A stretch of DNA of 64,000 bases. Origin: Klebsormidium nitens (Eukaryota > Plantae > Klebsormidiophyceae). The stretch covers positions 1 to 64,000 of the forward strand of contig DF237026.1 of assembly GCA_000708835.1 (NCBI GenBank), written 5' to 3'. Positions 37,701-47,125 of this stretch are shown piece by piece (positions within the stretch are counted from its first letter, which is position 1; every line of letters starts with the position of its first letter). The notes beneath the pieces are model-generated. The model ran no database searches. It saw nothing but the letters and a program-made list of their open reading frames with translations, and was not told where the DNA came from. The position numbers and the translations under genes are program-made.

Positions 37701-39956
37701 AGGGCGGACGGCGAGTGAGACCCTACATCTGACATTCGCTCGGTCTCGGCTTGTTTATGACTGCGCCAGTTTGTGCTATGTTTGTTTCCATCTCTCTCCT
37801 CCTCCTCTTTGCCTTATCAAGATACCGGACCATGAGAAAGTAGACCACAGCGCCTTCCATACATTCAAATTTGTCCTGGTTTTCTTATCTTTGACAGCCA
37901 CTTGTTTACTGATCAGAATACCAGCAATGCGGAACGAGAAGGAGCCATCATTGCTTTTGATTTGGTGTTTCGTATGCGTGCAACTTCATCACGTCACCCA
38001 GCACCTGACTGCAGGGCAGGTGGTTCGAAGGCCTCTTAACACGAATTCTCCCCCTGCTATATTGCTTCGATCAGCCCGCATCGGGGTTGTTCTTGTTAGA
38101 CAGCCCTTGGTTCATAGACTTTTGCCCCTTAAGTCGGACGATCTTGTATCTGAGTGGGCAAACCGACGATCTGAATTCGAACCTAGTTAACCCAATCTGC
38201 GGCTGCTCGTGCACGTCGATTTTCAATGTCACGAATGCAGCAGTAAAAGATGAGCCGCGCTCAACGCGCGCATATGCGGCTGCAGACTGGATCGCACAGT
38301 CCGAGATTGGCCTTCGGGTTTTGCTCATGTGGAATCGGAAACGTCGGAAACTGGGCGCACCAATCTTAGATCCCTTCGGTTGCTGTTTTGTTTCTTATCC
38401 GATCGACCACAAATGGTTATCCGTTTTTTCTGCCAGGCCGAGGGACGTCCCGGGTGACGTCAGGCGGGGCTTGGGGTTTTTGGGGAACCGCAAGCGGTTC
38501 AATGTCGCAATGACGCGCGCCAAGGAGCTGCTCATCATCGTTGGCAACCCGCACGTGCTCAAGCAGGTGATTGGAAGAACCTTGCTCGGACGCTGGAACC
38601 TCAAACCCTAGAATCTCAACCTCCCAGATCCTGTACTCCAAATCGGGTATGCTTTCACAATGTGTAAGTCTTATACAGCTGCTGTTTGAGGGCTATCTAT
38701 CATCTAGACCGATTTACACTCGTGTCACCTTTAAGAAGAGTTGTCGTGAACCCCCGAAAATCGCATGAATGATTTGTCTCGAACGCGACCTTAAGTGCAC
38801 CACGGATCTGGCTCGTTGCGAGCTCCTGAACTTGGTCCACGACAGCAGCGTTGAGACTTTAGTATTTCCCTCCAGTGATCCTCACAAGTACACCAAATCT
38901 TTTGCCCTGTAAAACCCAATTATCCTGAAAGCTCGCCTCAGAGTAAGTTCTCAACCGTTCCAGAATGCATTCCCTGTTTCGGACGCCGGTTTTATCTGTC
39001 CTGAAGTCCCCGTCCGAATGCGCGCNNNNNNNNNNNNNNNNNNNNNNNNNNNNNNNNNNNNNNNNNNNNNNNNNNNNNNNNNNNNNNNNNNNNNNNNNNN
39101 NNNNNNNNNNNNNNNNNNNNNNNNNNNNNNNNNNNNNNNNNNNNNNNNNNNNNNNNNNNNNNNNNNNNNNNNNNNNNNNNNNNNNNNNNNNNNNNNNNNN
39201 NNNNNNNNNNNNNNNNNNNNNNNNNNNNNNNNNNNNNNNNNNNNNNNNNNNNNNNNNNNNNNNNNNNNNNNNNNNNNNNNNNNNNNNNNNNNNNNNNNNN
39301 NNNNNNNNNNNNNNNNNNNNNNNNNNNNNNNNNNNNNNNNNNNNNNNNNNNNNNNNNNNNNNNNNNNNNNNNNNNNNNNNNNNNNNNNNNNNNNNNNNNN
39401 NNNNNNNNNNNNNNNNNNNNNNNNNNNNNNNNNNNNNNNNNNNNNNNNNNNNNNNNNNNNNNNNNNNNNNNNNNNNNNNNNNNNNNNNNNNNNNNNNNNN
39501 NNNNNNNNNNNNNNNNNNNNNNNNNNNNNNNNNNNNNNNNNNNNNNNNNNNNNNNNNNNNNNNNNNNNNNNNNNNNNNNNNNNNNNNNNNNNNNNNNNNN
39601 NNNNNNNNNNNNNNNNNNNNNNNNNNNNNNNNNNNNNNNNNNNNNNNNNNNNNNNNNNNNNNNNNNNNNNNNNNNNNNNNNNNNNNNNNNNNNNNNNNNN
39701 NNNNNNNNNNNNNNNNNNNNNNNNNNNNNNNNNNNNNNNNNNNNNNCTCTCCGTCCGAATTCGCGCGCAGGATCCCCTCTGGGCCCGGATGCTCCGGTAC
39801 TGCATTTTCCGGGGGGGCTACCAGTCGAAGCACTGCCCGCCCCCGCCTAACGAAGAGATCGACGTGCGGCTAGAGGCGGGACAGGGCCTTGCAAACGGTG
39901 AAGGGTCCGGGTTTGAGGGACACGTGGAGAGCCCCGAGTGGCCGGAGCCGGTATGA
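28720..39956 (+). CDS. SDE3: SDE3/MOV10/Armitage-like UPF1-family SF1 RNA helicase with long N-terminal zinc-finger and disordered extension; 9 exons, about 1593 aa
   Basis: Exons: 28720-31596, 32175-32339, 32938-33321, 34277-34482, 35004-35402, 36080-36287, 37264-37490, 38437-38566, 39771-39956; phases consistent (4782 nt). Motifs: [90 protein letters not shown]. The junction across the N-gap (LKQ|DPLW) fits the family, so no exon is obviously missing. Confidence 0.92.
33409..33476 (+). repeat. Decayed copy of the helicase exon 3 end plus donor site
   Basis: ttggaccgcgggggacggggcagaaattg...atggtggaggcaaccgttcgggtgagg against the real tttggaccgccggggacggggaagactaaaacgatggtggagtcgattgttcaggtaaga (33268-33327). 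Confidence 0.75.
34100..34200 (+). repeat. Decayed copy of acceptor plus helicase exon 4 start
   Basis: ccag|gtgcgtgaagcgcgccccagcgcgcgtcctggtgtgctgttccgttcagcagcgctgg (AG 34113-14) against the real ccag|gtccgtgaagcgcgccccgatgctcgcatcctggtgtgcgcgccgtccaacagcgctg (AG 34275-76). Confidence 0.88.
35858..35885 (+). repeat. Short decayed copy of acceptor plus helicase exon 6 start
   Basis: ttcgcag|gtcgcattcggacatc (AG 35866-67) against the real ttcgcag|gtcgcatccggacatc (AG 36078-79). Confidence 0.8.
36370..36460 (+). repeat. Decayed copy of the helicase exon 6 end plus donor
   Basis: acgacagagagggggatagccgtcttggtagaacgaggggggaaaacaaacag|gtacgg against the real acgacagagagggggacagtccgtcctggtacaacgagggagaacacaaacag|gtacgg; offset about 157 nt. 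Confidence 0.9.
37080..37192 (+). repeat. Decayed copy of acceptor plus helicase exon 7 start
   Basis: acag|atgcagtgatatcgactggc...gcatcggggtcgtcgcgccgtctcggcggcaggtgcagaagt (AG 37085-86) against the real gcag|atgatgtggtacatcgaccggc...acatcggggtcgttgcgccgtatcggcggcaggtgcagaagt (AG 37262-63); offset 177 nt. Confidence 0.88.
37688..37722 (+). repeat. Decayed copy of the helicase exon 7 end plus donor
   Basis: tgcgcggagcacagggcggacggcga|gtgaga against the real tgcgtgcggagcacggggcggacggcga|gtgagt (donor 37491); offset about 224 nt. Confidence 0.88.
39026..39746. other. Assembly gap (721 N) within helicase intron 8
   Basis: Run of N. The left flank ccgtccgaatgcgcgc and the right flank ccgtccgaattcgcgcgcag are near-identical. 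Confidence 0.99.
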
Positions 39957-41480
39957 GGGAGAGCCGTTCGTATCAAGACTGCTCTAACACCGGTGGAAGT
40001 TTGGAAATAGAGATGCGGCATGTCGACTAGTCAAAACGATAAGGCAGATTTGGTTCCTGTCGGAGCATGGGTCGTCAGGAACTATTCGTTGTACTTGACA
40101 GTTAGCAAAGCTAGAAAGTAGCGTTTGGACCAGAGAAAAAGACATGAGATATTGATGGGTTATATCTCCAACCTGAACGGAATTGACTGTTGTATGACTT
40201 CTTGATAAGCGAAAGTTTTCTGAAGACTGCAAACTCTCTCGATGGGGCAGCGTGCAAGTTCCGTACGGCTGTCGCACTCAAGGATCTGTACAAAATCGTG
40301 CCTGCTGGCACGAGCTTGCCACGCCAGTAAACTAGGCGGCTGAGAGTATTCAATGGATCCGATCAAAGCGGCAAAAGATATGGACCGACCCATCATCCGA
40401 ACTTGCATACTAGCCGCGCTTTGTATGGAGCTCTTGTTGACGACCGGACCGGGCCGTCTGCCATGGGCGCCGGCGCCGGCGCTCACATGGCGCAGCAGCC
40501 CCTGCAGCAGTGGAATACCCCATCATTTGCACGGCAAATAAAGGCGAATGGAACCGCTGTGTCCGAATGATCAAGGTGTAGTTTCAAGCTTGCAGGCGAG
40601 CGCGGCGGCAATGATTGCCATGCTCCGGATCAGCCGTCATATACATGCAGGATCCCTTTATTCGATCGTGTCTGCGATCCTCAGTGAGATGCTTAAGCCA
40701 TGAATGATCGGATTCCAGACGATCGACTCTCTGGATGCCGCAAAACTAGCTCAAAATATCATCGTTGCAGTGCAATTCAATTGCAGCGCACGCATGGGCG
40801 TTATCATATGCTGCGGCCAATTTGGACCTTTTAATGATGCCCTCGTCTACGTGACCCTCGATCCATATTTGCGCGGCGGGCCACCCAGTGGAACGTTCTT
40901 TTTTTCTGTTCGTGACCGCGGATTCATGCGCGCTGTTACGAGATTGACCGGACCGTACATACGCATGCACCGGTCTTCGATGCTGTAGACTTGGAACAAA
41001 GCTGGACACATGAGTGTGCAGATACGTACTCATGTGGCCTGTCAAAGTGTAACGTCTGACAGGGAACCATTCGCTGCTCCACGGTGAAAAGTCAAGTATC
41101 ACGCAAAAGAATCATGAGTTCGTTGCAGACACCGGAAGTCTGCCGATCGACAAGGGAAGAATCTAAGGAAGTAGAGCAAGAGTCCCTGGCGTAGCACACG
41201 CAAGGACTTCTAAACAGCTAGCTTGCTTATTTAGCAAACTTCAATACACGGATCCGATCCTGGCAACTCTACATCTGTACGTACAGCCTAAGTCTGGTGC
41301 ACAGCTGTACACTTTCCTAATCTCTCCCCTCCGTTCAGGCGGAAAATGGTTACTGCAGAACCCGCGTCCCAACCGTCTGCGGCCCACTCTAAAACTGACC
41401 GCCGCTCTTAATCTCCCGAATCTCAACCCCCGACCACTTCCCCTTAGGTTTGTGCCCAAAAGATCTTCATCATGCCTTAT

Positions 41481-44400
41481 TCACGACAGGACATCCCCTC
41501 CCCCCGAGATAAGCATCCCGGGGTCGAAGTGGAGCGAGAGGACCTCCTTCGGCCCGGTAAACTCCCCCGGGAGCTCTTCCCCAGAGAGGAGCTTGCGGTA
41601 GCCGGACCCCGGGGAGGTTGGCACGGCAGCTGGAGGAAGCAAAACTTTATAATCAGGTGGGCAGATGGCGGATAACAAACTGAACCACGCCTTCTTGACA
41701 GATCGAAACTTCTCGAGCATACGATCATGTAGCCGCCCTTTGAACGAACTCAGAGAAATCCTGGTGATCGTATTTCGACGCGTTTTGCACTGTGAAGCCT
41801 TTGAGCAGTTTCTCAGAGAAACGAGTGCTACTGGATATGCATCTGCATCTGAGCAGGTTTCTTTTCTATCTGAAAAATCCCCGACATGAAGTCCATGCGG
41901 GATTCGGGAGGTTTGACTCGACGAGGAACCGCATCAGTCTCAAGTAAGGAACGGTTCAAAAATGGCGGTTCTAGGTCCTCGTGCCGCTAGGCCTCACGAA
42001 TTCTACGCAGCGCATCTTCTATCTAGAATGGAGGTTCCGAAACGTCACCACATTTTGAAGAGCAGGCTGTGAGACGAGTAATATGGTTCTCCGGCCGGGG
42101 ATTTGTCTTTTTTTGGGAGTCCACGGCGATTCAAGACGAGATCATCAGAGGACCTCCTACGAAAAGCAGACGCTATGGAAGAACACAAAAGACTTTAGGA
42201 GACTCGAACTTACGGGCCGGGGGGCCTGGCGCGGCGTAGTTTTTGGAGAAGATGGTCTGGCAGATTCCCCCGGGGCTGAGGCTCCCTTGCGCCAGGTTGG
42301 CGGGCAGGTTAGCAAAGAACGCGTTAACCTGCAAAGTTTAGTTTGGGGTCAGAAATCCACAGCGCTCCTTTCTTTGAGCGGTTTGAGAGAGCTGTTGCGG
42401 GGTTAGGCTCAAAAGACCAAACGCTTCTCTAGAGTGCGAAGTGCTTCGTCGATCTTGCTGCGGTTTTGCGGATCGGCTTGCATGAAACCGCAGGAAAGCG
42501 CGTCAACCATTGGCCCATCAAAGATATTTCCCGCAATAAAACAAAATATCTCGAGAGCAGGGAGGAAGGGCACATATTAGATAAGGGAAGCAACCGATGC
42601 GGTTGGAGTATTAAACTCGAGCAGATCGTCGGGAGGCTGCCCGACAGCGACGGCGACGATCTTCGGGGAAAATGAGAAGGTGGTCGCCGCGATGGGCACT
42701 ACCTCTTATTCTCTCTCTTGTAAAATCCGTCACGTGCACCAAAGGCTGCCATATATATAGCGACGGCGCTGATTTTGAAAGAAGGTGGACGGTAAGCGCC
42801 AGGATCCCTACCGACTCCGTACCAGACAAACTAGAACGGGGCAAAGAACGGTGGCAAAACTTAAGTGGGTCCACTGAAGGCTGCCCAACAGCGTCGGCAA
42901 TGATTGCGGTGGGACACTGGAAAAAGACCCTGGACGAGCAACCCGCCTGTTTTTTTGCCATCAGAGAAAAACAGAACTGGGGACGAAGACCAGATAAGAA
43001 AATACTGTCACAGGGGCGAAAATAGGGCCGAAGCCTTACCGAGTTCACCGAAGTCTGCCCGAAAGCGACGGCGATGATTTCGGGGGGGAACTGGAAGGTG
43101 GTTGCCGGGATGGGCACCACCCCCGGGTTCTCGTTGTTGAACGCCGACACGAGCACCGCGGGCGCGTTGCCAATCTCCTGCTGGAAGTGCATCAGGCCCT
43201 GCGGAAAAAGGGTTTGAGCGAGGTTTAGCATTTTGCGCGCGAGCATGTTTCAGCTGGGCCGGAATTAATGCTCGCGCGCAGGCGCATATATGAGGCGCGC
43301 CTATGCCCATCTCCTGCTGGAAGTGCATCAAGCCCTGGACGGGGAAGTAAGCGAGAGTTAGCACTCGCGCGCGCTTATCTCAAAAGCGCCGGGTATTGCG
43401 CTCGCGCACGGTTGCGTTGCCGATCTCTTGCATGCCCTGGAAGGCTGAAACACGGTATCAATTCTGCGCGCCGCGCCCTTAATTTGCGCGTGGGCGCGTT
43501 ACCGATCTCCTGCTGGTAAGTGCATTAGACCCTGCGTACAGACGGTTTAAGCGAGGGTTAGCATTTTGCGCGCATATCTTGATTGAGGTTCCGTACTCGC
43601 GCGGAGGAGCGTTGCCCTGGGAAAAGGTTGAGCGAGATTCAGCGTTCTTGCTTGCGCGCATGTCCAGATGTGCCGGATTTTGTGGTCGCGCAAAGGAGCG
43701 TTGCCGAACTCATGCTGGAGTGCGTCAGGCCCTACAGAGAGAGGCTTTAAGCGAGGTTTCGAGTCTGCGCACGCGTTTGTTTCAAATGTGGTTTCACCTT
43801 CGCGCGCAGTCGCATTGCCCATCTCCTGCTGGAAGTGCATCAGGCCCTGGAAGGGGAAAAAGATATACCAGCGAGAGTTAGCACTTCGAGCGCGCGCAAA
43901 AACAATCAGATGCGCCAATTGATTGCTCGCGCAAGGGCGCTTTGCGAATAACCTGCTGGAACGGAGTCAGGTCGTGAAAGAGGGAAGAGGATTTGTAAGC
44001 GAGAGTAAGCACTTCGCAGGCGCGGATTATTCAGATGTGCCGGGTTTAATCCTCGCGCAAGGGCGCTTGCCAAGAACCTGCTGGAGTAGAGTCAGGCCCT
44101 GCGGGGGAAGAGGGTGTAAGCGATTTAGCTTCAGCGCGCGCAAGCCATTCGCACGCGCGCGCTTTCGCGCGCGATTCCGTCGCCATATTCGCTCCAGAGA
44201 GTGTTCTTGGGAGCTTCAGGACACATTGAGTCGATGTGGCGCGTCGCTGCTTTTCTCTGGATAGAGAATGCAAAGTAAGATAATTCAAACTTGCACAGAC
44301 GCGTTGCGAATTTTCTCGTGAGAAGAACTTCCTACCGACGCATCAGTCTGATTGCGATCAGGTGGATGAGTCACGAGCTAGCGTGCGCAGTTCATTTGCC

Positions 44401-47125
44401 ACGAGACAGAAATTCAGACACCCTCTAAGCATTTTGGTGGCAGTTGTGGACACCGGAAAATACGCCAGCGGCCCACCTGAGGGAACAGAGTGACGTCGCC
44501 GGGGTTCATGACGTTCAGATGGAGAGTGAGGTTGGCTGCAGATTGAAAAAAACAATGTTAACATTCTGTTAAGCTGGCAGGAACCATCAGAGAATCCAAT
44601 TTGAGGTCCGACCGAGCACTGAATGCATCTCACAGTTACGGGCCAATGCTTTGCCGTCAAATCAGGTCGATCGGATGGTCAGCTGCGGTGTAGCGCTGAT
44701 GAAATCTAGATTCGACGCGCCACGTCGTCCTCCAGATGACGTCATTATCATTCAAAGCGTGGTACACTTACCTCCGGTGTCCACGAACCCCACAAGTACT
44801 TTGCCGCTGACGACGTACGAGATCTCCGTAGCCCTGGGTCATCGGAAAAGAGGAGCCGTTTAAATATTTGAGGACCGAAGTCCATGCAAAGCTGTCCCGT
44901 TATCTGTCACTTCGACACAAAACAGAAACCCTTTGAAGGAGCGATCCTCGACCACAACAGATTCTACGTTCACTTATCGTAACACACAGTCTGTTGAACT
45001 TCTCATTCAATTCTGTCACGGGGCCTCTTCACACATCAGTGCTCTCAGGCTCGCAACGAAAGACTGGATGGATTGATTACAATGATCTACAAAGCGGATG
45101 AGACCGGGTGGGAGGAGCAGATCCGTCAAAAGAGCAGTTTGTAGAACTTCCTTATAATCAACCTTGCCTACCGCGCATTCTGGAATCCGGGGGCAAAGAT
45201 CTAGTGAGCCGACCTTGGGTGTGTGTGCAGAATGTTCTGACCGCACGGGTTGAAGTTGATCAGAGCGATAGCGACGCCCTGTCCCCTGTAAGTGAAATAT
45301 TGTATTTGTTCCACAGCTCTGATGTTCCACTAAGATGAGATCCTAACGTGAAAACCAATTCAGCGCTTGGCGAGGCTGCGCTTAGAAGACAAAAAGCCAA
45401 GATTTCCCGGAACCCTTGGCGTTCACGCATTCATCTCGGGGCCCCTTATTTACTGCGAAACGTGCACCCTGTCCGAGACGCTAATAGCGGAGTATTTGAT
45501 CAGTCGACAAGTGTCATGGTTGATCCGACCTCTTTGAAAAGTGCCCCAGAAAACAGTCCTGGAAGCGGCCGCCTGCCCACGGCAGATTATCAGTTTCAAG
45601 CTTTGTGAAAAAAACGATACGGATTTGTTCTGCTTTGGAAAAACATCTTATAGTATTAACGGAGGATGTTAATCTGGTAAATTGGAACCGCGAATGTGAT
45701 CAATAGAACGGATTAAGGGCCTCACATGACAGCCGGGAAATTGTTGGCGTTGAGCAGTCGGAGCTGGCCCCCGGAACCCTGAATACGGCGAACGCCAGAA
45801 ACTGAGTGCCCGGTTAAGTTTGAGAACGAGCATCCCCAGATTGAGAAGTGTGTCAAAAAGATCGGGACGGAGGAAGCCAAAACTTGGACATATTGTAGAA
45901 TCAAACAATCCTGTCATGATGCGGCATATCGGAGCTTTTTAGAGCTCTCGAGATAGTTCCGGATCCGTCCCTTTTGCGCGTCTACCAGTGGGGACGCTCC
46001 ATGCTGCGGATCTCATAATGAATTGCCGAAAGGAGTTGAAAAAAGGAAGGAAAGTTGGGAATGATTACAAGGAGGCCTACAGAAAGTACGAAGTATATCC
46101 ACAAGGACCGCAAAGGAGTTCACTATCAACACGAAAGCCTGTGTCTGTGTTGAACACCACACGTGATGCCCAAACCACGTGTAAATCCTAATCCAAAGTT
46201 TATGCGCTTTGCATTCAGTTCAACCCTAGAAATACAACTAGACATCTTGTCTTTGAACCTATGCTGATTGCTCCGATAGAAAGGGCTCTCAAACACCAGA
46301 CAAAGTGGATCGAAAGAGCACGATTGCGTGTAGTACGATGCGTTCTCACACTCGGGTTAGCCGCCGGTGGGGTCCCGGTCAACGACTTGACAAAGTCGCC
46401 AGTCGCCAAACCAGGCGCGAAGTCTTGCACCGGGGCTCCTGAGTACAGGGCTGCAGAAGAACGGGGAGAAAATTACCGGCCCGAGTTGGTGGGCTTGAAG
46501 AAGAAAGTAGCTCCAATATGCAGGCAATCCGCCTCCGATTTGTTCCTATCATTCTTTCATACGCTTAGACAACAGGCAAGTAACTTCAGTATTGTTCTCA
46601 AACGATTCTGCAGCCCCCCGATGTATTTTTTCACAATCGGGCACAGCAATGCGTGCCCAACACGAACCAAAACTTTGACCTAGCTAATCAGAAAAAGGGG
46701 GGGAACGTGTTTCAAAGGGAATGAAGCTTACGATTCGTCTGACTGACTATTTGGTACATCTTTTCCGGTGAAAATTGATGGAAGCGGCAAGAAGCTCCTG
46801 AGTTTTTGCAACGCAATGGTCTGTCGAACCTGAGTGACCGCAACGAAGAAACCAGCAAACTGTTCTGCCATAGTCTTCATGATACCATATACTCACGCGA
46901 GCCCACAATAACCTGTTCTGAACGATCAAGACTTTCCGACACAATCCGGTCCTAATCAAGCCGCAAATGGAGAAGGAAAACCACGAAAGTGTGAAAGCGG
47001 AAGCGAGGAAATAAGAGTTCACCTTCGGCTCCCGCCGCCTGCCCCTGTGCGCGCGCCGCAAACCACAGGGCTACTAGGGCTGACGCCAGAAAGGTCTGGA
47101 TTGAAGCGCGGCTTGACAGAGCCAT
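41481..47125 (-). CDS. Secreted germin-like/spherulin-like cupin protein; 9 exons, about 286 aa
   Basis: Exons (minus): 47125-47023, 46438-46350, 45778-45726, 45285-45214, 44833-44772, 44535-44477, 43198-43040, 42328-42214, 41629-41481; all GT-AG, phases consistent (861 nt). Signal peptide MALSSRASIQTFLASALVALWFAARAQG; APVQDF; cupin box 1 NPCGQNILHTHPRATEISYVVSG; box 2 PGDVTLFPQGLMHFQ; AFNNENPG. The His/His/Glu/His metal ligands are present. Confidence 0.9.
42611..42935 (-). repeat. Two decayed copies of the 3' half of germin exon 7
   Basis: On the plus strand, the real ctgcccgaaagcgacggcgatgatttcggggggaactggaa (~43055) is echoed as ctgcccaacagcgtcggcaatgattgcggtgggacactggaa (~42883) and ctgcccgacagcgacggcgacgatcttcggggaaaatgagaa (~42638). 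Confidence 0.88.
43201..44140 (-). repeat. Tandem array of about 8 decayed units of branch point/acceptor plus first ~35 nt of germin exon 7
   Basis: Real AG at 43199-200; unit AGs at 43335, 43437, 43532, 43617, 43732, 43847 and 44099, plus a degenerate unit at ~43974. The unit at 43820-43849 matches the true junction over 29 nt (atctcctgctggaagtgcatcaggccctg, plus strand). Several units carry a ctaac/ctaaac/cttac branch-like motif on the minus strand. Confidence 0.92.

Noticed and set aside
38859-39873. Long ORFs of 284-324 aa in the track
   Set aside because: Artefacts of translating through the N run. Only the 39771-39956 portion of the 39018-39956 frame is a real exon.
43201-44140. Repeat array superficially resembling a CRISPR locus
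   Set aside because: Units are degenerate copies of the neighbouring exon junction with homologous rather than unique spacers; eukaryotic context; no cas genes.
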